A stretch of 64,000 nt of DNA from Amoeboaphelidium protococcarum X5 (taxonomy: Eukaryota; Fungi; Aphelidiomycota): assembly GCA_023515725.1 (NCBI GenBank), contig JALDTO010000154.1, forward strand, positions 453,484-517,483, in the 5' to 3' direction. This document shows positions 43,590 to 58,302 of the stretch, in pieces. The translations under genes and the position numbers were made by a program. Below the pieces are notes generated by a model that saw only the letters and a list, made by a program, of their open reading frames with translations, was not told the DNA's origin and did no database searches. Every line of letters starts with the position of its first letter. The stretch's first letter is position 1.

Positions 43590-44555
43590 ATGAAGATGAT
43601 ACTAGAACTTTTAATTGGTTCTTTGCCAATGCTGAACTGTAATGCTATGCCTGCTGGAGGATCAGAGCAGATTGTTGTCTCAAGTCCCTAGTTCGAAGCT
43701 TTTGATAATGCCACGCCCGGTGTTGTTAGGGGTTTAGAGTTGCTCAAGATACTGAATGTCACCATTGGCCGAAATCTAACTGTTGCATACGATTGTCTAA
43801 AGTCTATTACCCGGCACTTCATCAGGACTGGCGATCGCCGTGCTGAATTTTCAATTACCTACCTGGCAGTTACCGATGAAACGATGAAGTATTTAGGACC
43901 TCCTTACGATGGATAGAAATACATTTTTAATAACGCTACTTGGGTTGGATAGTACATGGCTGATTTTGCTGATATTTACAGGGAAGCATTGTTGGACTGG
44001 GAGTTAGGACGCGTTGTTAAACTACCCCGATCATGGGCCTCATGGTTGAATGTGTATGCCCAGAACGAAACTTTGCTGGCCCAGAACCTGTTCTATGGTA
44101 TGAATGCTCATATCAACTATGATCTCGCTTATGCTGGTTAAAGAGCTAATGAAATTCAGGTTGACGATTCTTCTACCCATCTCGCAGATAACCAGATCAT
44201 CAACAGAATCTTTGTTGATGTCTCAGCACAAATGATGCCAGTTCTGGTGAATATCTACAAGTCAGCAGTGGACGTGTCGCGCTTTCAAGGCCTGTTGGCT
44301 TTCGCTGTTGATTATACAGTGATATTTTGGCGCAACATTGCTTGGACTCATGGCGCTGCACTCGCCTCTCCAAAATGTGGTTTGATCTGTAAGAAGAGAC
44401 ATGTCCTTGCGATAGATGCCTTGTCCAACAGTGTTGATTGGGCTATAACAAACACTTTGCCAAGCTGGATTAAGTAGTTATTAAAATCCGCTGAAGGAGA
44501 CGACACTATTGCAACCTTATGCAAATACGAACCTTGGGGATATTGTCAACTATGA
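43590..44555 (+). CDS. DUF5995-family protein with N-terminal signal peptide, 321 aa
   Basis: DRRAEFSITYLAVT, FADIY, signature GMNAHINYDL, WRNIAW; intronless. Confidence 0.8.
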
Positions 44556-44702
44556 TAACTGTGAGCGAGTTGAAACTATAACTTTGATCAATAAACTAAG
44601 AGAAAAAAACCATAATTATGCGATGTTGTCACCTCCTCTTCTATTTTCCAGATTCTCTTATCACGCGTTATTTTGAAAACGATAATCAATTCAACGTTTA
44701 AG

Positions 44703-45668
44703 ATGAAAAATAGATTACTGATTCTTATACCTAATGACGGTAAAATGTTGGGAACTTTAAATAATTAGATGGCAATTTAGAGCTATGTGAAGCGAACCAT
44801 CATTAGTCTGTTGGAACGACTGAAGAAGCAACTCTTTATCTAAATCGCTGTGGCTCAGTATCATAGTGCAAGTAGTAATGACCTCAATATCGCGTTTGAG
44901 TGTGAATATACTACTAATCTAAATAAAGTTGGTGGAGCAGTTATGGGATTGAAATTTCCTGGTGATGGTGAAAAGAGTATAGGGGATTTAATTTCTACCA
45001 GCTTTGACTCCCTCATGCGGCGATTGAAAGTTAATGGACAATTGTCTGAGTAGACTTGTATTGTGTTATATTCAGTAGACTCCTCCATCAAATTTAAAAT
45101 TTCAAAGCAATCACCAGGTGCAGTCTCAAGCGATTCTTATAATCTTCATTACGTGGCAATCTAAAGTGGCTCTCAAAAGCTTAAACGCCTATTGCCTCCT
45201 AATGCTGCCTCTTGTTAGTATATCTAAGATGACTTTATACCGCCGCATACCGAACTGCTAACCTTGCCACTTCAACGCGAGTTTATACTGCCAAAAGTCA
45301 ATATTGAATGTGGTAGTTTGACTTTACATACGTGCATTAATTACTCGGTTTAGAGTAGCAATAATGCGAAAATATTTCAATACGATCACCTTAAAGTCAT
45401 AGGTTTCATTCAAGACAATATTGACATTGTACAGCCGTTAGAGCTTAGTCATCTATTCATAACTGCTGTTTAGTCCCCTGTTACTTCTACTATTGCTGGC
45501 GATGAGTAAGATTAGAACGATGTCGCGTTCAATCTACTAATTTAGGCGTGCTCTTTGTAGCAAAAGTTGGTTGTTGTTACCCCTAGTGCTAAAAAGAACG
45601 TGAGATTGTAATTAAAAGCTGTTGCTGTTCAAAATGTAAATTGTTTCATTATTATGAAAATGCTCTGA
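44703..45668 (+). CDS. hypothetical vWA/beta-barrel protein, possibly Integrator subunit INTS14-like, 321 aa
   Basis: Single open frame; ECGSL..KVIGFIQD..QPLELSHLFI..FNLLIQAC resembles the INTS14 C-terminal half as recalled. Confidence 0.45.
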
Positions 45669-45787
45669 CGGAATGAGATAAATAGAATGCAATATAACGA
45701 ACTTGTAATATATTTACCCCCCCCCCTTTTTATTATAAATAACATGGCACATTGCACTACTACTGTATTGCGAGTGCTAAATCAGCA

Positions 45788-48700
45788 TCATCCGATCGGC
45801 TGTTAATTGTTAAGTGGCATCCGAGTGGATTCCAGCAGCATACGCGGAGCTCTGAATAATGTGATCAGCTAGTAATACAGAGACTCTTCAACATCAAACT
45901 GGCGCATTTCTCTAGCCAGAATGATATCTTGGCAAATTTTGAGAACCGTATCAGGATAGGGAAGATCTTCATACATAATCTTCTAACTGAGGCCGGAGAT
46001 GGCACCACGAACAATTCGCGCCACGGTAAACACTACAGCCACGTACAGTCCAATGACAGAGCCTGATGATAATGCACTAAATGTAGGGATATTCTCAGAG
46101 AGAATGTGAAATTAAGGTGGCTCAAATTCAGCAGAACTAGTCTCTTTTCTAGTGTTGTTGACTCGCAGTTCCCACCAGTCATCAGAAACAGTTACAGCAC
46201 TTATTGACGAAGCATTAGTAGTTAAATTGTTGCCAGTAGTGATATTTCCCGGAACATTGGCAGGCTGAATATATCGCATCTATCCGTCCGCTTAGAACCC
46301 ATTATCAGATGCCAGATTGATTATAGCACCAGATGATAGCGAGTGAAGAAACCTCGGATAGATCGAAGTAAGATTGACCACTGCAGAAGATGAATTCAGG
46401 GTTTATAACAGTTGAAATCGATCAGATAGGCCCAAATACTTGAAAAAGGTATTCTTAGACTGCACAAACCCCACACTTTCACCTTTACCGACAGTGATTG
46501 TAGTTTGCAGCTGTACACTTTAATTAAAATCAATCAACAATGAGCGAAGACTCGCCTCAGAAGGAGCATTAATCTACCAGCTTGACATTGAATTACTCGG
46601 AAACTGAACCAATTACACGGTGCTGTATGATAAATATGACGGAAACAAAGAAGGATACTATTCACGCAACTGCCCAATCTAATCATTCGTCAAATTCTTT
46701 ATGAGAAGGCTCGGAATGGATTACTCATAAAACGGCTCGTATCCAGTTATACCTATAGACATGGAGGCAGATGTTGCAGGATTAGGCTTAGTAGATCCAG
46801 GAATCGACAAGAATATCAGCGGAAACCATATCAAGAAAGTCATACCAAGCACAATAAAAAAGCTACAAATCTTCTTGGCCATCCTATCCCTCTACTCTCC
46901 AAAACGGCGAGGATCATACTTGCCTTAAATGACTCTATTAGTCTTTACCACGTACAATGATGCATAAATCTCCTCAAACTTCAACCATTGATATAGATCA
47001 AGACAGGTATCGCTCAATCCCCAGTCAATAAAATTCCTAATCTCCCAAACAAAAGGCAAAACTCGATACACATTGAACGCTATAAGATTGGTACGCCCAT
47101 ATCGACGCATCAAGAAGTTGTTGGCGCGAATTCGTGGATATGACGACTTGATCTACAAACCAGAGAAATACCAGTAGATACATTTTACAAAAAACCACAG
47201 CTAAAGAGATTATAGACTGGTGAAGGAGGTGCGATTACTTGTAGGCAAAATAAAGAATATCCAGACAGAGAAGGATATCACTGTAATGTATTGCATCAAG
47301 AATTTGGCTTTTACAGACTTGGCAATATAAATCGCTCTATCCGCGATGATCAGAACAAAGTTAAGCACCAATATGGCAACAAACAGTGGTGGCACCGTAT
47401 TCTAATTTATCACGGCAGAGAGAAATTCAATATTATTGTCCACGACAACATCTCCTGAAAATGAAGGCCAGAACACAATCGTCAGAATGAAGGCCAGAAT
47501 ATCAGCGCAGATCATTCCCAAATAGAAATCGTGTCCTGGTAATTCTGAAGTTTACACCGTTGTTTTGTAAAATCGCTAAAGACTTGAAGTCAGCGTAGAT
47601 TACCACGAGCTGCGATGCTCCAATTACGGATTAGTTGGCTGATCATCGATCTTCACTTTTAAACCATCTCCGACTTGATCTTTCGTTATCAATGGAACTT
47701 TAGGTATATCGGTGGTGGGTTTCAACTTCTTCTCTTCTTCATTTGATTGTCCAACTTGCAACTTTGAAGACTAATTATCAGCAGGTTATGACGACCCTTT
47801 TTTATCAGCGCGGCCATACTGAAAGTTGGACCATAGACCAAGGCGTCTCATTAAACCACGATGAAGGATACAGCAAAGAAGAACAACCAGCTCAGTGATC
47901 ACATCAACAAAGAATGATCCGCAACTCTTCTAAATACCAACAAAGTATGCAATATCACGGAGATCGTTCTCAGAGCCGTAACATTACAGCTCATTAAAGG
48001 TGAACACCTGGAATTAGAAAAAGTACTTGATGAGCACGGTTATTTCCACAACGGCAAAGAGAAACTCCCAGTACATTCTAGACGGATAGGGTCTTTGCAG
48101 CATCGCCACGAGCAGCACCGAGAACGTTGGAATTATGGCGAGAAGATTGCCGTGGTACACTTAATTTCCATACACTGCAAGATAGACAATAACCGTAGTA
48201 TGTGCACAGATGGCAAAGAAGATGCCCTTAAGAAATGCCCACAGAAGCGACTCGTGTTACCAGTCAGTTTTCATAAGATTTCTGGTACTTGTGGTGACAT
48301 ACATGTCAGTGTAGTTGTAAGATAATCGGTAGAGCTTCTTTAATAATTTTACCATTAGCTTACGATATAATGACACCTTCTTTAACGGCACCTAGTCTCG
48401 AGGATTGATTGACATCTAAACTTAATCAACCGGTACTTATGATTAAACTGGATGAGGTTATGAACTTTACACTTCAGCAGTGCCAACTAAACGGCGGCGG
48501 ACTTATGATGTCGATCTATCAAGAGATTAGGTGTTCGTTCCAGAACCAAAAGTCCCTTGACTTTACTGAGGCTTAAGAAGAGAATTTTGACGAATATCAG
48601 AATTACGACGACTTAATCCCAAGTAATCACCAGGCGTGGTCGAATTACCGAACTCATAATCCTATTTTACCACAATTTCACCACCATCAACCCGGTCAAC

Positions 48701-51700
48701 AAGCATCCAATGCTCAGAGTCTGGCTTTTGTCCATACAACAGAATCCAATCATTAATATCACTCTACTTTCCTTTCAGCTGAGATACTTCCTCCCGAATA
48801 AGCGAAACCTCAGTGTCTGTCTATAACTTTTTCTCAAGGATCTACATTTGCTTCTTTTTCAAGTACTCTTTGGCACGAAACACAGATTTGGCAGAGTCTT
48901 TCTTGATAAACTTGGACATGTGTGACATGGAAGTGCTCTTGTTCATTCTCACCTGAATGAGCACTGCGGCCAGAGTAAACAAAGTCAGAACATTAATGGG
49001 TGTAAAAGCCTAGCTCTAAAAGTCAACCCAACTCTGCACAGAGAATCTTGTCACGCCAAATACGACATACCACGGCCTAGAGTCAGGAGATGATAGTCCA
49101 AGAAAGTTGGCAAGAATCTGATAGCAATTCTAAATGAGTACCCAGACAACCATGTAGACATTAATAAAGTTCCAGAATCTGATTCTCGTTTTTTTATGAA
49201 GCATAAAATTCTCACCAATCGCGATGAATACCAGCGAGAAGCAGAGGAATACAAATCGCAATAGATCCACAGCTACAGTTCCGCTGGCAAAAAGCAGAAT
49301 CACCACGGTCCAAATGAAATACCTGAACAAAACCATTTTCAGATAGGAGACTTTACTGCGAGGCTTCACCGTAAAATCAGCATCCATCATATCTCGATAA
49401 TTCCGCCATAAATAAAAATCATCATCCTCATTAGCGCTGTGATCAGCCACAAAGTGGTTGAGTAGAAATGCAGAGAACAGTAGGACACAGAAATCTGGCG
49501 ATATGTAAAAGAACTAATAATTCAGTGGTAGTCCGATACAGTTCAGCACACTCACTGGAAGACCAGCCCAAGGAAATTAAATTTCTGTAGTTGGAGGATA
49601 TCCTAATACGCAGAGATATTAGAAAATCATCACGACACTAACTAGAGCCACATACAACGGCCAGATCGTGGACATCTTCTTCTACCGTTATGCTAGGATG
49701 ATGCCCATCAGAATGTACAATAATCCCAATCCGCTCCCTTTCGCAAAGCCACAAACATAATGCACTAACGCCACCAACTCGCATCCAAAGTGATGGAAGA
49801 AATTCGACATCCAATAATTAACTCCAGAAGCAAACTCAGCAGTAGTAGATCTGGCCACCTATATAATTCGAGATAGAGTCTTTTTATGACCCAATACATT
49901 CTGGCTTGAAGACTGATGTATTTGACCAGGTGCAGCAATCGATAGAGGTGGTAGAAGCGGCCATAAAGAAACCCTCAAAGGCAGTTCCGGATACTTTTCT
50001 CTTAAGCGTTACTCCCAAGCAAAGGCTAACTTTGTCAAATTAAAAGACAGGAGTAGGAACACCGGCAACGTCAGATATCCTATTGGCTTAGAGCCAAATG
50101 TGTACTTATAAAAGCCAATCCATGGAATATTCTAGTTCACAATGCTAGTGTTCTAAACTATCTCAAGCTAATAAAGTAGATTAGCTACGCAGAACGTCGA
50201 GACCCATAGCATTAAAATGAATCTTCCACCTCCGAACGATTGAGGGAACGGAATTATAAACACAGAATATATCAGAGTTAGCATACCATACAGCGAAATA
50301 TACTAAATGGCAAAGTAGAAGGATAGGACAAATATAAGCTTAGGCCCATGGACAATTATAAAGCGTTTACAGAAACCAACGACAAAAGTCACGATGTCTG
50401 GTAGAGATAAACTTAAATCTGACAACGAATTTTCTGCCTGAAATATCCCAATAAAAATTCTATACTATAACACTGATAAGAACAGAGCAGCCACATGTTG
50501 AAATAAGTACTCTGAGAGTTATGATCCGCTCTTTGCCTCCAAACCAATATCAAGCAACAGCTAAGGACTAAATCTAGATTGCAGGTAATTTTACAGCGAC
50601 TTGAATTAATACAAATAGCAGCATATGGCTAATGCCGCTGGATAAGAGGCCACAAGAAGCCAGGATCTTCTAACAATCACAAAAGCCGACATTTAAAAAG
50701 CTAAGGCACACAGCAGAAAGAGGACGAAATACCCAATAGAAAACATGGTGACATCATTCAATAGAGCAATCAGGATGTAGGCAAAGCAGCAAAACAGAAT
50801 ATTGTACGACTTGATGAAATAATTCCCAAACTCGTAAATTTTGTTCAATGCCAGTAGCACAATATTGGTCCGCATCAAATTCGAATGATTGTTCTGCACT
50901 ACAGAATTGGCATTCTCGTTGAGGGCCATCTCAGAATCATTAGTAACTCCAATCTAACGCTACCTGAGCGATCGATAAACATCTTACTACACAGCAGTGA
51001 AAAGCAGAATGACAAGATGGAAAACTAAGAGTTACCAAAGGTTAATGCTCTTCTCGAGACCCCAAATATCAGACACCGTATTGGGCTGTGCAAATTAAAA
51101 CTACCAAAAAAATTGCAAACAGATAACCAGTTCAGTGTAGACCACTAACGCCAACCAAAATCGCTATGCTAGCTAAGGATACAACAGAAATAAGATAAAA
51201 AAGAACATGAAACCAGCATTGATAATATTTACCCGCTGCAATCCACAAAGATACAGAACTATCAGCGATATCAAATAAGCATAATTGACCGCAAATTACA
51301 CAGCTAAACTCCACAATATAGACAAGTACTATCGAATGGCGGTGAGCTTCTTCTTAAAAATACTTTTCTAGTTAGGTAATGACTGGACGCCAGAGTCAGG
51401 GGAATTGTTAATAGGCTGCAGGCTGTCCCCATGTGAAAGGTTATCCCAAGGATAGACAAATATAGCCAAAGCAAATACCAAGATAAATAAAGCCATCATG
51501 TATAATTACGAAGGCTAAAATCGAATCAGGCCGACATCTTGATACTCTGGAAGCTATAAACTTTCAGCGGCCAACAAAGAGTTGTAGCAGTAGATTATGC
51601 CAAAAACAATTTAGACGTACATTAAAATTAGCCAATGATGGAACTTAATTTGTGGCAATATAAGCAGCGCAGACCCATAGAAGAGAACAGGAAGCGTTAG

Positions 51701-53101
51701 ATAGCTAGGAAAGGACACTGCTACCAAGTATAGAACTAAAGAGACCAGTTTGGAGTTGTGCACTGCAAGAAAATGCCCAATCCTCGCCATAAAGCCGTCA
51801 GACATACTATTGGTAGATGACCACGATGCTAACGACTAAGTTTCACTGCCCAATGGATTCCAAAGAGACTTCGCGATATGAGCTTTGCTTCCAATCCATT
51901 ACTGGAAATACAGAAAAAGTACTAGAATTAACAGCAATATTGCATATGTGTAGCCAATGCCATTTTAATTCAACTACAATCCCAACATCTAGCGATAATC
52001 TAAACTTATATTATCTTTAATGACATTAATATGTGTCACATGAAACAGTAAGGACTGACAAATTATGAAGTAGAACAGAACGAACCGAACCACTTTAGTC
52101 ACAATCGACATATCGCGTTAAATAGACCATATGAACAATTCAGCACAAAGTATTACCAAATACACGATATTGAGCAAATGTTACTACGATAAAACAAGTA
52201 GAGTGACTACCAAGTACACCATCCAGGACACTGTAAGGTAAAGAGTATTCCACATCTAAGATATCTACTCTGGTCGTTGGGACTAACTAGATGTAGAGGC
52301 TTTTTTCAAAGCTATATTAATAATTGAAATGACTAAAATTGACACTTCAGGCAGAAACTAATAGAGGCCATCTTAAACAGACTGAATTTTAGTAAAACTG
52401 AACAATTAAGACATGGTGTAATCGACTGAAACTTCCTAATATCCACCAGGTGCGGCTGCTAGATAGATTTGAAAAATACATTTACCAAGTATAATCAAAG
52501 CCGAGTACACCGTTACAGCATTTACTAAACGAGGCCTCAGTTAATCACAGCTAGGTACAGTTTGTATCAGTATGAACGTCACGAAGCTTACAAGGTAGCC
52601 AGTAGTAATTAAATCGAAACGGAGCGGTGACGCAGCAAGTAAACACAGCGGGTATAAGAACTCAAGTACCAAGCTGGCATATTTGACTGCATTTTTATTA
52701 ATAAGGGGAGAGAACACTGCCGTAGGAGAGAACAGTGAACCACTACTCAAATTCCTACTCTGTGGCTGCTTTCCTTCTGACTCAACACCGGCTTGATCGT
52801 CACCCAGATCTTCATTAGAATCGAGTACTTGTACATAGTCCTCCTCATCAATACCCTCTTGACTGTCTTGACCACCCTATTCATCATTCACCAAATCCAG
52901 AGAGTCTAATTCTTCATTCAAACTCCTCTACTCATACTCAACGTCATCAATTTCTTGCGCCTTTGTCATAGGATCAAGCGCCAATTGGTTAGAGTAGGAA
53001 TCTTGACTTGACGTATTAACTGCATCATAAACTTGCTCAGATTCTGCCTACTCCAACAAAGGACTTTTTTGCGAATCTTGTTCACTCGACAATTCATCCA
53101 T
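45788..53101 (-). CDS. PIEZO: Piezo mechanosensitive channel, apparently intronless, ~2437 aa
   Basis: Five track ORFs share one frame; many TM segments; IIADRAIY, PFEW-type motif VLPFVWEIRNFIDW..WLKFEEIY, LIWFPLIFLS, IGLYVAVVFTVAR, IMYEDLP, LFRAP. Confidence 0.95.
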
Positions 53102-53321
53102 AATAGCTGAAGACTGTAATTGTGGAATGGATTTACCGTATAACAATAAAGTGAGCAGGTAAAACAATAGACCGAGAAAACTGACGGGACGAAAGAACGC
53201 GAATCATCCATTAGTTCTCTCACAGACACGACTCGATGATGGAAAAATTACGCCATCTTTATGGAAATGGGCGATGTAAAACTTTAAATTATGTAAATTA
53301 AAGCTATAACAGTATATTTGG

Positions 53322-54965
53322 TCATTTAACTTTCTTTTCGTCAAGTTTTTGAGTGAGTAGAACACGGTCTAAGCGTTTAAGTAAAGTATCAACCGGCAAG
53401 CTAAACATTCGTAAATGCAGGTAAAGATATGACAACGCGAAGCAGCAGAATGATAGCACCACATTCAAGACGACAAACAGGTCAGGGTATCTCTTAGGGG
53501 GCTAGATGTTAAATTCAGCTAAGAACAGCACAACATAAAGAGTATAAACAGCTCCAGCTACTGATCTTAGTCCTTTGACACGAAAAGAAGGAAAACCAAG
53601 AACTGAAACAAAGACCAAGATCAGTCCGACAAACGCCACGCCCAATCCCTCTCGTTTCAGAAGCGGCCACATGCTACACTCACACGAAATGTAAAATAAT
53701 TAGTTTAATACATTTGAAGGTATACCCTTACCTAAACATTGATACAATTGAAAAGAACTCGATAAACCCAATTGTAGATGGATCATCGCGTTCTACAACC
53801 AAGAGACACATAACTGGCAAGAGTGGCAGCAATATGGACTTCTCATGAACTTGAAACGAGAACATGAAGAACGAGAGCGAGACGCAGCATAGGCAATAGA
53901 TGAAATTACGATGCGCAGGGAGTCTGCAGGCGTACAGGCACGAGGGAACGCATCCTATAATAGTCATCAGAGCAGCCAGTTTAAATAACTGATCCGCACG
54001 AAATATCTCTCTAAACTTGATAACGACATTCATAGCGCACCAAAAGTTGGCCACCTTGTCTTCGAATAATCCACGGTGCAGAGGGAAGAGCCGCGAAAAC
54101 ATTTATAGAACCGATTATACACATCCATTATCATTCCCAAAGAGACATAATGGTAGCATCATTGCTCCAAATGTTCCTATTACTGATGTACCTAATAACG
54201 CAAGCAATAATGTGCCTCTACTAAATCCTCTTGACAAGCACTTGCCCAACAGGTAATAGAAAAAGGCCAGCGAGTAGTACAATGCCATGTGTTTATATCC
54301 AATGGCTAAACAATAGCATATACTACCAGCAATAACACGCTCTTTCAAAATCAAATAAATTGCAAGTAAAGTTAATCCAAGCATCACACAATTATACTGA
54401 AAATGACCATGATCTATGATTATTAGACAAGGTTAGAGCAATAGCACAAGCAGCAGATTTGATCGAACTTTAGAATCGACACTTTTAATCAGTAACAGCG
54501 TTGGGAGAATATAAAATAGCAGGTCACTTACCACAACAGTCCATCTCATAAATAACTTATGCTAGCTGCTTTCATAGCCTCTTGACTCATACAGACTCGT
54601 CCACTACGGATTGATTAGATGAGATCTACACGAAGTTCAAAAGTACGCGTATATAAAGTGTTATCAGATGCATTTTAGGATGCGAAAGTTAAAAAATATG
54701 CTTACATGTATCCCATAACGAATGAATGTATAGCAGTGAGTATTGGATAATCTAAACCCCAATATTCAGGGTCGTATGTATACCACTCTCCGATAGGCAA
54801 ATTGTACGCGATTTCCATAAAATGTCGCTGTGCCTCATAATCTCCATACATGGGTGGACTATTCTAACCTGAATACGGATGAAGTCCAGTGATAAATCTA
54901 ATCAGCAATGCTCCAAGTGCTACAATCACATGGTCCGCATCCATAATGTTAGAAGAACTATCCAT
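53322..54965 (-). CDS. ALG6: Dol-P-Glc alpha-1,3-glucosyltransferase, two introns
   Basis: [61 protein letters not shown]. Confidence 0.95.
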
Positions 54966-55094
54966 GTCAATTACTGTAATCTATTGGACCAAAAAATGAT
55001 AATCAAATTTAATAACGAAAATGATGATGGATCAAAATATCGTCAATTTAGTCAATCAGTACAATCAATATCTACACAAGATAAAGTAACAAGA

Positions 55095-56336
55095 TCAATT
55101 TTTGTAGCGATCACCATTGGCGTGATTATCGAGAGGATAAGAGTCTGGGTACTTGCGAACAATACGTTCCATCTCAGCTTTTTGCGCGTCCAAAATCTTG
55201 GTAGGTCGGTCAAAGACATCGGTAAAGAGTTCATTAACATCCGGCTTCTTTCTCTACTCGGCACGGTTGAATGCTGCCAGTACCTACTGTCTGGCATCCT
55301 TCTTCCAACGCTCCTCTTGTTCACCACTCCACCACTGCTACTTCTCCAGATACTTGCGCAGTCTATGCACGGGATTGTCCTACTTCATCCATGTCTCAAC
55401 CTCACTCTTGTTACGGTAGGCTGAAGAGTCATCTGAGGTGGAGTGATGACCAACGCGATAAGTCATAGCTTCTATCAAGACAGGCTTGTAATTGGTCACG
55501 GCGTACTCTTTAGCCATCTTTACAACATTGTACATGGCAAATACATCATTCCCATCCACCCTGATAGTCTTGATTCCGTATCCCCAGCCACGACTAGCAA
55601 TTCCATCACCAGCGTACTGCTCCTTGGCCGGAGTAGATATCGCATAGCCATTGTTACGACACAAGAAGAGAGTAGGGGTGCCAATAGTGGCCGCAAAGTT
55701 GAGAGCATAATGAAAATCTCCCTCACTGGCAGCACCTTCACCAAAGTAACAAATCACACAATTCTTTTTACCTTCCCGCTTAAGAGCAAATGCGGCACCA
55801 GCAGCCTGGGGAATCTACGTACCAAGCGGACTACTGATAGTCTAGAAATTCAACTTTCTCGATCCATAATGAACTGGCATCTAACGACCTTTGCCATAAT
55901 CCAAATCATTAGAGTAGCACTAGTTCATAAACTCATCCAGCGTGAATCCTCTATACATCAACACTCCTGCCTCTCTATACTGCCCAAAGACAACATCATC
56001 GTTAGTCAGAGCACTGGCAGCCCCAAAGTGTGTCGCCTCTTCACCATAATTGGTCATGTAGAAGGAGATCCGACCCTGACGCTGGGCATCAAACAGAATA
56101 ACATCCATAGTATTCAAAAGAACCATCTACTTGTAGATATTCACACACTCCTCTTGAGGAAGTTTAGGATCATCTGCTCCATTCAGAATGTTACCATCAG
56201 CACCGAGAACTCTATACGACGTAATCTTTGGATGATCAGGTAAGAACTAGAGCTTATTAGAGTATGCAGACGAATGTCGAACACTTATAGGGGCGACTTT
56301 TAATAAACTTGCTCTATTAACAATTGACTTGAGCAT
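55095..56336 (-). CDS. BCKDHA: branched-chain 2-oxoacid dehydrogenase E1 alpha, intronless, 413 aa
   Basis: [62 protein letters not shown]. Confidence 0.97.
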
Positions 56337-56784
56337 CTTGATGACACTATCTGTGTTAAATTTGTCGCAACTTTTTTCAAAATTAAAACCAAGAGATTAA
56401 GGAGAAACTGCGAGAAAGACAAAGTGATTGATTAAAACTCAAAGTGAAGAAGACAGAGAGAGAGAGAGAAAAGCTTATGATGTGAAAACTCGCTGTTGGA
56501 GACAAAAGACTCAGGCTGGAAGCTGCATTTACTGAAACCACTGTTGTCCTTATAGAATCATATGTATTGAAATAATAGTAATTACATTGACTAGATCTCT
56601 CGAAATGGGATTCATTATCATGATCATCTCGTGTCTCTTTAAAATGTGTGGATCGTTTAACGTGTAAGGGGCACATCAGAAAATGACAACTACTTTCACA
56701 GCTAAGTTGCATTCTTTTACTTTTATACGTATCTTGGTATTCCAGTAAAATTAAATTTATTTCATGAAATTTATTGAATTTAAA

Positions 56785-57918
56785 ATGAGCATTATATCAA
56801 TTAGATGGCTGATTTTATCCTTATTATTGTGCATGGCTGTGTAGGCTGATTATACCTTAAAGAATTCAGGTGACTAATTGCACGCGTTAAATCAACCTTA
56901 TTTTAGAGATGCCAGACTGGATGGTAAAGGTATTGCAGTGAATGCCCAAGTCTATTCTAAATAGTCTGCAAATGGCGTCAGCGATGATGTGCTAGCTGAT
57001 CCTTCTGTTAGGAAAAGATTTTGGGCTGGTATGCATCGTGGCTCTCATCATTAGAAGTAGTAGAAGTAGTAAGAGCTGCGTGGTGGTGGTGGTGATCCTC
57101 CCATTAAGTAGCGAGCGCGAATTTGGGGCACCAATATCCATGTGCCGTTCTCTTCCAAGATAGTTGATAGTCCATACATGCCTCAGTTTGCTTAGAATAG
57201 AATTAAACCATTTCTGGACAAATACCGCCCTGTAAAAAAGCATACATCATCTGCAGTGTATGGTATTAACGATGACGCGAATGTGAATGTGAAGGATACT
57301 GCCGATGTTGGATTGTAGGTTGATGAAAGTGGTGCTTCCTACACGTCAAGCTTTACTGGTCATTTGCGTCAATCCTCACTATAGTCTGTGGATTTGAATT
57401 CATATGCTGATCAGGATTTTGGCTCCGATGATGAAATGGATATTAGTACTAGGCCCAGGTTTGGATCTCCTCTAATCAGCAAGTTGAAGAAGTTTGGTCT
57501 TCCTTAACGTCGATAGAAAATCCCTAAACAATACCATCAATATATCGAAGATTTGATGGAGGTTGAGAGATCTTTGTATCCAGATTTGAATCAAGAATTT
57601 GATTTGTTATAGAGTAATGATGTTTTTTATGATGTCAATGGCAACATGGACGCGTCTTAACGCCAACATAGTAATCTTGGCAATGATTAATCACATAATG
57701 ACTAAGAAAAAAGTGGAAAGGCGCGTGTGTGGGGAACTGATATCAGACTTCCTTGGAGAAAGAAGTCTAGTGGGAGCTACTTTGCTGGCCCTGGTCGTGT
57801 GCAAAAGTACTTGGATTCTCGTTTTCAGAAGGGCTATGATGTTATCAAGAGTAATGGTCGTAAAATACCGAATGAACGCGATGAGGATTCTTCAGCTTCT
57901 TTGCTTCGCCGTGTTTGA
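56785..57918 (+). CDS. secreted hypothetical protein 1 (377 aa)
   Basis: Signal peptide MSIISIRWLILSLLLCMAVQA; frame read through to TGA; two RARxWGTxI motifs. Confidence 0.8.
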
Positions 57919-58302
57919 GCATACATTGATGATGAATGGTATGAGATATTGAATTGAATGCGCCTCGGAATACGGAGCTCGTCTATAATTAACGCTGATG
58001 CTGCTCTAATACTTTGACGTGATGATTAATTTTTGCTAACTTCGTAGAGACCAATATTTGCTATTTACCTTAGTGTTTTTTAAATAATGCACAACTACTT
58101 TCGCGGTGAATGAACCACAATTAGTATAACGGCATCAACTGCTCCAATGTAACTTCAAGCTCACGACAATGTCACGTTAACGCAGTTCACGAGGCTCTAG
58201 CTTTCAAACTCAGTTCGGGTCTTGAAGTTGATCTCTTTTACACTGCCCCTTTTAATTTCCTTAGTAGAAAAATTAAATAATCAATTTAAAGCAGAAATTG
58301 TC

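Noticed and set aside
55443-56243. 266-aa plus-strand ORF (and similar shadow ORFs such as 17649..18029, 37389..37718, 54879..55424, 18710..19288)
   Set aside because: Antisense or alternate-frame shadows of BCKDHA, TPS and chitinase with no protein-like motifs
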